A DNA stretch of 63,586 bases, the filler included, from Nemertoderma westbladi (taxonomy: Eukaryota; Animalia; Xenacoelomorpha), in the NCBI GenBank assembly GCA_032718475.1. It is 3 parts of 3 records of this genome, joined end to end, with 100 filler letters (N's around TTAATTAATTAA, not from the genome) between each part and the next. Parts side by side here need not be neighbours in the genome. Positions count along the whole stretch, not along the records: positions 1 to 23,032 come from JAUCBJ010005826.1; 2 more parts are not named here. The stretch is one strand, 5' to 3'. The notes beneath the pieces were generated by a model, which saw only the letters and a program-made list of their open reading frames with translations, was not told the origin of the DNA and did no database searches. The translations under genes and the position numbers were made by a program. Position 1 is the first letter of the stretch; the number at the start of each line of letters is the position of its first letter. Shown here piece after piece: positions 1 through 10,427 of the stretch.

Positions 1-1640
1 GTAGTTGGAGAGTAGCACACAATCAGAACCACCTTAGGAAACTTCTTAGCCAGTCTTCCAGAACATGAGAAGTGGCAACGGATGATGCGGTTAGAGATTT
101 GGTCTATTTTGTCCAATGCTGCATGTGCAGTTGGATTCATCAATAGACCAATACCACCATTGCCACTATCATCTTCTGACGCAAGGGCAAGTCGCCAACC
201 GCCCCCCATGTCCTTAATCAGAACCTCATCAGTCTGTCCAGTCTGCATTCGGTGCTCTTGAACACCCACTGCACTAAGAGAAAGCTTATCTGCCAAGGCA
301 GTCAGCTCACCTTGTCGCATTGGGGACCCGAGTGTTAGGGTGTTTACTGAGGCTAGTCTAGTGACTTGCCTCAGATTCACCAATGGCTTTGTTGGTCGGG
401 GTGGAACATAAGAGTAGCCTTTAGATTTGAAACAGAGACTTGTCACTGATCTCTGTTCTCTGGATTCTCCGGGCTATTTTTTGGTCTCTGGATAGGTCTC
501 TGGTTCCCGGGTATTGAAAACAGACATTTTACCCAGAGATCAGTGATTTTACAAATTATAAATAGATATTTAAAAATAGATCCTGTACAACACAAAATGT
601 GAAATAAAGATAATTTTTCACAAATTTTTTACAATTAATTATTTCCTTAATTTTTAACTATTTTTCATACACCACTTCAACACAATTATATATTCACTTT
701 TACACTATTTCTATTTCTAATAAATGTACCGATAATCTTCTATTTAATTAATTTAAGGTGCGTTTAATTTTAAGTTAAATTAGCACCTAAAGGTCGTTCT
801 TATTTAACCCTTTCGGTACCTAATTGGAAATTATTCAAACCCCCAAGTGCCCAACTCTAATTCATGAATTTCTGAAGTCTGTCAGTATTTCTGTCAGTTT
901 GTCTGTCAAGACTTTAGAAACTCCAACTCCAGAATCCCTCTCCCCCTCACTATCTGGCCTCCCTGGTGACCCAGGGTTTGGGCCAGAAAGGTCATCAGGA
1001 AAGGGACTCAAAGAATTGCTGGCTTCTCTCTATCCAGTAGGGGGTGAGACAGGCAGCCGGTCAGGAGATAACTGACGCCTGTGAGGCCGATTGTGTCCGG
1101 TAATTCCACTGGCCTCTAGTGGCCGGACCTCCGCATTACTAATGTAATCCATAGTGGGGGGTTGGGGGGTGCTTTTTTGCCGAGTCAGCTCTCGGGGCAA
1201 ATACCACACCCTGGTTTGCCGTTCCACAGGGTGGGTGTCGCAGTGGAGTCAGATATGAGGCCCATCACCCATATCTACTCTGGCGCACATACCCACCATT
1301 GGCTGTGCAGCTCATCTGCTGGGTCATGCCCTGTACCCCTGCTGCCAGGTGCAGGTCGCAGTGAAGTGTACTCAGAGTGGACATGAGAACACTCTACTCC
1401 TGACCAGCCATTGGTAGATCACCATCTGCTTGGCCAGGCCATATACCCCTGCAGCCAAGTATATGGGTCCTTAATCCAGGACCAAGGGCGTCCTTATCCC
1501 AGAACGAAGGGGGTCCTAGTTACAGGACCAGATTTGCCCTAGTAAGAGGGTCTATGCAGCTACAGGTGGCACCTCCTTTATGCTGCATGGAGGTGGCATG
1601 TTTTCTTGATCAATGACCTAGAATACCTGACCTGACCTTA
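1..1640 (-). mobile_element. 5' end (UTR plus AP-endonuclease start) of an RTE-clade non-LTR retrotransposon, running off the window start
   Basis: Manual minus-strand translation of ~1-400 gives RLASVNTLTL...AVGVQEHR...GNGGIGLLM...ISNRII...VVLIVCYSPT, typical APE motifs of RTE-like LINEs. Upstream lies a GC-rich structured leader with a GGCAAACC...TATTTGCC motif recalling RTE/BovB 5' regions. The 5' boundary is approximate. Confidence 0.85.
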
Positions 1641-1861
1641 ATTTTTATTGCGTCCAGCCCCCCCCCCCCCCCCCCCCCCCCTATCTGAAGACAGGAGAGG
1701 ATCATTAATCACTATGTGAGGTGAACTCTATTCGCGCATACAAGGCATTGATGCATGATAAGAAAATAGATTCTATTGTAAATATGATAATTAATACTAC
1801 AGTATTTACTAATATGTAACGCATTTTATATCTTTAATATTTGTTCCATTACTGTTTCCAG

Positions 1862-4099
1862 CGTTACAATCGAAATGTGTACAACTTGAGTGGACTCTGT
1901 CGGGAACACAAAAGTTTCGCCATCTGTGTTGTCTATTTGATGGGCCAGGAACAATTACCGTTAGTTCATTATTGTTCTGCATTATAATGACACAGTAGAC
2001 ATACAGTAGACACAGTGTAGTGACAGATTGTAGACAGACACAGTAGAATGACATACTCCCCAAGAATAATATTATTATTTTCAATTTGACTGAAATCAAG
2101 TAAATCAATAATTGGTTTTACGACCTGCCCTAAAACTAACAGATGGCAGTGGTAATCAGCATTGGACAAATCATCCTTTGTCACATCTGATGTTGTGCAA
2201 GATTTGTTCTGATTGTGCGCTATTCCTATTCACCTGCGAGTGACTTACCAGATTGTTTGGACTTTTGGAGATCATTCATCCCATCATATTAGACATGTGC
2301 AGAACGAAGAGAGTCCCACAAGAAATGAAAACAATAAATTGGTGGTTTGGTGTCAGTTCCCAAGAAGGGCAACCTAACACTATGGATATTTTTGCGTGTT
2401 TTTCTGGTACCCCCCCCCCCCCCCCCCCCCCCCACGGTCACACTAGTGATTCCTGTTACCCCCCCCATGTTGGATGTTATTTGCAGGATATAAGCAAGCG
2501 CTAGTCATATATATATATTTTTACACAACAAAGGTTATTGTTTTGGTTAGAAAAAGCCGTCTCTATAACCTGCTCCTTTCCCTCAATTTGTAACAAGATC
2601 GTTTATAGTTTTGGTTAGAAAAAGCCCCTTGTAACGTGCTCCTTTCTCTCAATTAGTGAAAATATCGTTTATTGTTTTGGTTAGAAAAACCCGTCTCTGT
2701 AACCTACTCCTTTCCCTCAATTGGTAACAAGATCGTTTATTATTTTGGTTAGAAAAAGCCCCCTGTAACCTGCTCCTTTCTCTCAATTGGTAACAACATC
2801 GTTTATTGTTCTGGTTAAAAATGTGCAATGTCAATGTGCAAATTCGATGCAGCAGGCCGATTATAGTAGTAGTAGTATCTTATACTATACATAATGCTAA
2901 ATTACTTTCTACTAAACCCTAAACTTCCCACAGAGCTGTCTGCACTTATGTAATGTGCACAGAAATGATTTTAGTGAAAGTGGTGCGTAATGTTTCCTTT
3001 ATCTGCCTGATCAGATTTTCGGAATTAGCTTTTGTAGCTATACAGTAATCTAATTTAATTTGTCTAGGTTGAAGGAGAGGATATTGACGTGCTTCGTGGA
3101 AACTGTAAATGCAACATTGAGTTTGATGACCTCACTGGTCTTACTACTAATGATAAATTCGTTAACGTCAAAATGCTGGTTCTCTCTAAAACAGAAGACA
3201 CTGATGGTGTTCCAGAGGATAGTGAGTGCCTCAGGAAGGACGGGTCGAAATGCTTAAAAAATAAACGTTTTAACTTGCCAGAAGGGAACGAAGTGATATT
3301 CCCCACTTCCGTGAGTTCTATTTACATACTGTATATTGCAAATCATATTTGCTTCTAAACTTCAAAGGAAGTTAGGGGATTAAAAAAAGATCGCGATTGA
3401 AAAACGTTTTGTAATTTTAATTGCATTTTACGTATCTTATGATGGAATAAAATGGAATCTAGTCATTCCCTACTAATATAAGTACATATAATGTGCTGGG
3501 CATTTTGCTGTACCTTTTACAACCCAACCGCTGGTAGAACTTAAACAATCTTACAGTACAATAAAGTACACTATAAATAAAGATTAAAATGAAATACTAC
3601 GTGAAGAAGTTATTTTATTATACAGTATGAACTGTTCTATGGGTCTTAACCTCGAATGGTAAAAGTTTATTTGTAAGAAAATAACTCTTATTTTTTCTTT
3701 TATACTTTTTCTCATCTCCATCTCAATTGCGCCATTAAAAAGAGAGGAGTTATTTTCTGTAAAATAAACTTACACAAGTCGATGTTAAGACCTCTATAAT
3801 AGTTCCTATAATCGGCGAATGAGATAGATCGAATTTCTAGAAGGTATATTGTGTTTATATTTCAGTGTCAACGCGAGATTGCCGCAGGTACCGCAGAGTC
3901 TGTCGACCTACAGATTGAAGCTACGAATAACGGACGCCGACCTGGGTTCCGTGTGTCTATACCTCTACCGGGTACCAACTCGGATCCGAGTGTCGCAAAG
4001 ATTGTCTGCGACCCCATCTACCTGCCGGGTGGTGCGGCCTCTGCCACTGCCGTTGGAGTCCTCGTTGTCATGGCTGCCTTGTTTGCTCTGCTGAATTAG
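1862..4099 (+). CDS. Spliced gene (visible exons 1862-1959, 3068-3310, 3866-4099) for a small Cys-containing protein with a C-terminal GPI-anchor-like signal; 5' exon(s) not seen
   Basis: AG/GT-bounded, phase-compatible exons (98, 243, 234 nt): LQSKCVQLEWTLSGTQKFRHLCCLFDGPGTIT / VEGEDIDVLRGNCKC...VIFPTS / CQREIAAG...PGGAASATAVGVLVVMAALFALLN*. Small residues followed by a hydrophobic tail fit a GPI signal. The first exon is less certain than the last two. Confidence 0.7.
2535..2820. repeat. ~62-bp tandem repeat (~5 copies) with dispersed single copies
   Basis: Unit resembles GTTTTGGTTAGAAAAAGCCC..TGTAACCTGCTCCTTTCCCTCAATTGGTAACAAGATCGTTTATT; related copies near 10150-10203 (reverse) and 26402-26450. 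Confidence 0.85.
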
Positions 4100-5305
4100 A
4101 CATTAAACTGAACTAACAAAATACTGTAGAAGTCTTTTCACTGCTCACTTTTCACGTAAACTAATTTACTGTTCCCCGTTAACATTCAAGATGTCTTGGT
4201 TTCGATCTACATTAATATTACCCAGAAACTCACAGGTTTTTTGTACATACAGTAGTCCTTCGTAAAGTTTCATTATTGTTTGTTTGCATTATTAACTTTT
4301 GTAAGACTTTTATATACCAGTACAGTATAATAGTGCCTCTGTAATTCTAATTGTAGGCCAACAACTGTACCTGAATCACTATGCTGGTATAGCTTGCCAT
4401 CCATCATCGCTTGAGCTCTCTGATTTCGCCCACCCAACCTAATGTACCACATGCTGGGCGAACAACGAAAAGTGTTGAGAGTATGCTAACAAGGGGAGGA
4501 GCCACTCTTACTCCCAAAGTTGACCTCTCCGTATGTATCCAACGCGTTTCTTAACTGCAACAGCAACATACTAGGTTCGGTTCCCATTCGAAAGTGAGAC
4601 AGATAGGGAGGATTTTGTTATTATACTGTACTATGAGTTTATCGCTGAGGTGGCTTGTAGTTTTGCTCCACACTGTAATTGCAGTAATTATGGGAAACCT
4701 GAACAAATACATATTTGTCCTACATTGTTTGTTCGATGTGGAAACCTGTAATAAGCTGAAGGAAATATATGGATCGGATAGGTAAAGCTGCTGTCAGCCT
4801 TAAAATTCTCATACTGTATTTACTCTAATATCTACTGTATATTAATTATTGTACTGTAGGTATTACACAAGGAGTAAAGTACTACAAAAAAGTCCTCAAC
4901 TACTGTATTTTGTATTATTTATATAAACCGTATGTAATAATCATGGTATACTTCCGATAACAGAACTATACACAGTATGTTGTTTTTAGGAGTTATATTG
5001 TATTATTTTGTATAATATGTTTGCATATATTTGGTGTTGTTTACAATAATTGTATTTTTATTACTGTATTATGTAAATAAATTATATGAGGGGCTTGCTT
5101 ACATAACCACAATAAAATATTTATTTTTGACGCGGGTTTCATCAGTTTGAGTTGACTTATGACTCTTGAATTACTCCCAAAAATGAAACTGTACCCCGAT
5201 GTCGCAGCATATTTTGTCCCGTGAAGATTATGCCCCCCCCCCCCCCCCGGTTAAAATTCGCTAGCATTATGATCCCTTTGACGAAATACGCTAGCGTAAA
5301 TAATT

Positions 5306-5596
5306 GTCCTCTAGCCCTGGCTCCGCACCTTTTTTCTCCCGGGTGGAGAAGGCGATCTTTCTCCACTTGTTCCTCAGCCAGATCGGTAGTGCCTGCGCTA
5401 TTGTAGTGATGTTATTCGATGCGTTGAGTTCGTAAGGTGCATCTAGGGTCTTTAGCACAATCAGCGCCTTTACGACTTTATTTGCGAAGGTCTTGATGCT
5501 GACAGGGTTATCCTGTAGTCTGCCTGATGTTATTCCCCTTAAGGTTTGTCGGATGATCTTCGCAGGATGCCCGAATTCCCTGTCCAGGGCCTCCCT
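5306..5596 (-). mobile_element. BEL/Pao LTR-retrotransposon Gag (DUF1759-like) fragment
   Basis: Not in the ORF track. Manual translation REALDREFGHPAKIIRQTLRGI...LKTLDAPYELNASNNITTIAQALPIWLRNKWRK...PGLED resembles BEL/Pao Gag. Confidence 0.6.
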
Positions 5597-6135
5597 AGAC
5601 TTGCAACATCACCAATCTGCACTGATCGTAGCACCTTTGCTCTATGATCTTAGCAGGGTTGGTAACGATCAGTAGAGATCTTTGCAGAATTGGTAAGACC
5701 ACGGCTGATCTCTGGAATTTTAGTAAGATCAGTGTAGATCTTTGCAGAATTAATGATATATAACAAAGTTCTGCAAAGATCTTAATAGTTTTCAATCAAT
5801 AATTAAGCAAAATTTGAAGCATTCTTCTGTTTGCACTGTGGATTGTTACTATGGGGATATGGCAGTGGGGGATGTAGAACTAACCTAACACATCTTACCT
5901 AAATATCCTACTGTACAACTAACACTTACACACCACTTACATACCTCCGGACAACGTATATTCCAGTAGTAATGCTGTAATGTGTTAGCCATAGCATAAA
6001 GTCGCCCAGCTGTATACTATGCATTTTACTGTTTTAAACTTATAAAATTTACTTATTTATTTTACTTATCGCTGCTATAACTTGTGAAGTCTCCGGACTC
6101 CGAATAATATAATATAATATAATAATGCTTAACTT

Positions 6136-7714
6136 TGACTCGTGGACTTTCGAAAGGCCTTCGACCTTGTAGACAGAGCAATACTATTGGGGAAAATTTA
6201 TAACTCTTTTGGTATCAAAGGAAAATTATTCGATTTGATAAAAAACATTCTACAAAACTCAGTTAAAATATTTGACGGTATCAAGTTTTCAAATGTAATT
6301 ACGCAACTGAGAGGTGTTCTACAAGGCGATTGTTTCTCACCGAGCTGTTTCTTAATGTTTATAGCGGAGCTAGCTGATATCCTCCGTGCAATTGCAGTCA
6401 CACTAAAATTTATTTTCTTTGCGGACGACCTGACATTTTATTCTGCAAACAAAAAGGACATCCAGAAAGGTCTTGATGAATTGCATAAATGGTCTATAAA
6501 TAATCTCAATGGAAGTCAATATCAAGAAAACAAAAGTTCTCAAATTCAGGAATGGAGGGAGATTTGCGCACGATAATGTTTTCTACTACGATGGGAAAGA
6601 TATTGAATTATGTAACCAAGTATGAGTATCTAGGAGTTATCCTACAGCCTTCATTAAGTTTTATAAAGCGCATTGATAGTAAAAAGCGCAAAGCCTTTGC
6701 AGCCATTGGCTGCCTCAGTAACATCCATCGCTGCTCCATAGAAACTGGAATACTAATATTTAACATGAAAATTGATCCAACGGTATCCTATGCTTTCCAT
6801 GAAATTGCGCTTTATTTCACCGCTAACAACCTCAAAGAAATTGATAAAATTAAAGGCAGATATGTAAAGCGGATCCTAAATATTCACAAAAATTCATCCA
6901 CAACATTAGCTTTTAAACTGATTGGATGTCAGTCATATGTAGAATAATTCGCAACCAAGTACCCCTTTAATACGGAATCGCTAAATGAATATCGTTCATA
7001 CAGAATGGGAAGGGAACTAAACTTTGTACAGCAAAATTACCTACAAGCACCGGCCTTCAAGTCGACAACATGGAAAAACTCAAACCAAAGATACCGCCAT
7101 TTGATTACAAGGGTTACAGTGCACGGCTTCCACAAGGGCTACAGTGCACGGCTTCCACAAGGGCTACAGTGCACGGCTTCCACAAGGGCTACAGTGCGCG
7201 GCTTCCACAAGGGCTACAGTGCACGGCTTCCACAAGGGCTACAGTGCACGGCTTCCACAAGGGTTACAGTGCACGGCTTCCACAAGGGCTACAGTGCACG
7301 GCTTCCACAAGGGTTACAGTGCACGGCTTCCACAAGGGTTACAGTGCACGGCTTCCACAAGGGTTACAGTGCACGGCTTCCACAAGGGTTACAGTGCACG
7401 GCTTCCACAAGGGCTACAGTGCGCGGCTTCCACACTGACTTGACACCACTCCACGATATCAATAACACGACCTGTGAATGTAAATTTTGGGGCCATAGAA
7501 ACATAGACCGAAGCCACGCTCTCTCCTGCAACCACTGTCCTCCATTATCCGTTCTTGGTTCATAGCAAATATTTTATTTAACTACTCATGACTCTAATCA
7601 TAACTATATATTTTATACGTCATATGGGTGTATTTTATAATTAATTTTAACAATATTTTACTATTAAATGGAACCATTTGCCCCGCATGGGGGTGTAGAT
7701 AAATTAAAAAAAAA
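6136..7714 (+). mobile_element. 5'-truncated, degenerate non-LTR retrotransposon (RT plus C-terminal Cys/His motif) with poly(A) tail and 17-bp TSD
   Basis: RT motifs DFRKAFD, GVLQGDCFSP, FADD, YLG across frameshifted ORFs 6142-6947; CECKF...HALSC at the end; A-tail ~7706-7714; direct repeat ATAATAATGCTTAACTT at 6119-6135 and 7715-7731. Confidence 0.92.
7107..7433. repeat. 25-bp minisatellite (~13 copies) inside the LINE coding region
   Basis: Unit ACAGTGCACGGCTTCCACAAGGG(C/T)T; explains the three overlapping repetitive ORFs at 7005-7565. Confidence 0.95.
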
Positions 7715-7875
7715 ATAATAATGCTTAACTTGCCATTCACTAAATGAAACTACTGTAATACGTATAAAAATAACGTCGTGAAAATAATGTTTCATTTAAA
7801 AATAAATTACGTATTGCATGTTAAAAAACATGGAACATATTTTCACTATGCTCTCGATTTCATCACGATCAACGC

Positions 7876-8007
7876 GAGTCTGCTTCCATCGTTCCATGTA
7901 CCGGAGCGCGGTTCGCGCAACCCAGGGATCTGATCTGGTAGTGAGTCTGCTTCCATCGTTCCATGTACCGGAGCGCGGTTCGCGCAACCCAGGGATCTGA
8001 TCTGGTA
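7876..8007. repeat. Exact ~65-bp tandem duplication
   Basis: GAGTCTGCTTCCATCG...GATCTGATCTGGTA at 7876 and 7943. Confidence 0.9.
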
Positions 8008-10427
8008 TTTCTCAGCATTCCGAGGAGCTGGCGCAGCTTTAATAACAATAAATGTAAAAAATTATTTTTTATTAATCTATAACAATATAAAATGAAATAA
8101 AAAGGATCCACAGGAACTCTTACGGGCAACAATAATTGCAGTACATAAAATCTTTACTACTGTAGTTGAGTCATACAATTCAGTAGCCAATTTAAAGGTT
8201 GGTAATGGCACACGGTATAGGTCGAAAGGCCCCTATTAGGTCTAGGTGGATGGGTCGGTAGAACTATCCAGTATAACTATGGGTCGGTATTATCCCGCAA
8301 TGCTCGATGCCTGTCGTTAGGGCCTTGTATTGCATCGGTATAGCTCGTGACCAGATATCAAACAACTTCATACATTGATAATTGATATTATTTTAATTCA
8401 CCTCTATTTTATGAAAGCTCTATATGCCTTGTTAGATTCATTGGTTAGCTTCAAAAATTAACCTACACGAACACAGAAATCCCATCAAAAAATAATAAGC
8501 ATAATATTTTGAGAAATAAACAATTTTGGATATAAGCCTTCTGCAGTGGTAATCTTATTGACTGACAATCATTAAATGAGATCTGTCTATTACCTGAGAC
8601 TAAAGAACACAGACTCTATAGTGTAATAGGAGGTAGGGAATGCAGGTTTCAATCTCGTTAGGTCTAGCTGGCAGCCGTGTGGCTAGTTACATACAACCCC
8701 CCTCCACTGGCATTCCCAGCAACTGGCTCCCTTACACACACATCCCCCATCTATGTACCAGCCAACTTGCAAGTTGGCCAATAAATGATCAGTATTTAAT
8801 GAGAATCCATTTTTTATGCCGTTTTAATTACTTTAGATCAATTAAAGACACAATTATTAAAGCAAATCACTTGAACTAATTAAAAACTATAATAGAATGG
8901 CGTATGTGGATTACATCTGTATAATTTTTAATTATAATTATTTAAATCTTATACTGTAAAACAATTAATTTCCTACAGCATACCATCGCCTACACGTACA
9001 GACGTAGCCTGCTACGCCTACCTGCCTACGCGCAGATACGCATAGGCTAATACACCTGCGCGGAAAGTCAACCGGGAACTAGCTAAACAATAATACAATG
9101 CAGCATTGTAGGCCCCACAGTATGCAGTATGGCGGTAATTTCAAAATACATCTTCAAAATATATCTGCATACCCACTGTCAGACTGTTCAGCTTGTCAGC
9201 TACTGGTCCGGTACTTCAGTATTTAGTCCAAGGACTACTGCAGTACTGAATCTTCAGTCAGTCAGTAGTCCTAGTCTTTGATTTAGTCTAACTAACTGTC
9301 GTACAGTAGGTAGCCGGTAGGCGGTAGCCTGGTAGCGGTAGCGTACTCGTACTGGCTGCAGGGCTGACTGGCGTAGACATGGTGTTAGGGTTAGCTGTTG
9401 GGCCTACAGTAGTAAACAGGTACCGCAGTACAGCAGTACCGGTAATTTGCGGAAACATTCAGTGTTGCCGTTAGGCCTACAAGCTGACAGCTGGACAGGC
9501 TGACAAGAATTGTAAAATTAAACTAGACTTATTTATTACTACCAGACTGCCAGACCACAGTCAGACAGTGGGCATTTTTCACTCACTCACACTGCCCTAC
9601 AGCCCTCGCTCTGCCATAACAATTTATTAGGCCTATTTAGTTAGATTAGATAATGCTGTAATGCGATAATGGACACTTGCTGACTTGTCAACTCGTTTGA
9701 TTGCGTTGTTCAGTTCAGATTGCATGTTGTTCAAAATTTATTGAGAGCGAAGTGATGGCGTGGCGAACAGTGAACATTTGGGCTTGGCCTTGGCTTACTT
9801 AATACCAATATCAATATGCCTACCAGTGCCAATCATTTCAGCATTTATTCCCTCCCTTCCCATGTACTGTACAGCAGGTACAGGCTACGCACAGTCAGAC
9901 ACATTATTTGGTAGCATATTTTTTGTAAATGGCCTCTACCGGTAAGTTAATATCATACAGTCATATGCCATTTTCATAAGTTTGTAAGAACAAGACTGGT
10001 TTATTCTCCTTACTCCTGGACTCCCTCCATGCATGTACTTTTTAATGTAGCCTTATAGCCTATAGACCTACCCTCTACTTGGGGTGCTCTCAAAGTGACC
10101 ATTCAAAAGAAATTGACATTCATAAGATATTTGGTTAATCACCATTTAAGGGAGGGAAAGAGCAGGTTACATTGACGGGGTTTTATAATAACCAAGACAA
10201 TAATCTAAATTTACTGTAGGATCACAGTTTTACAGTTAGTTTGTCTCACTCACTAGCCTACAGCATTAGCACTAATATAAATACCGATACTTATTAATTA
10301 GTAGTTTAAAGAAAACTGTTTTCAGTAGGCCATTTCAATATATTTTATTTACTATAATAATCGTGGTATTGATTACAGGATTATTCTTATATAACATAGA
10401 ATAAAAGTTGGTTTATTATAGAGAACA

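Noticed and set aside
1290-1320. Hammerhead ribozyme (CAGATGA-stem-CAAT on the minus strand)
   Set aside because: The core deviates from CUGANGA...GAAA at essential positions and the sister module lacks it.
2142-2340. Additional exon of the GPI-protein gene
   Set aside because: An acceptor-like AG is present, but I found no phase-compatible open frame and donor; the flanking exons join in phase without it.
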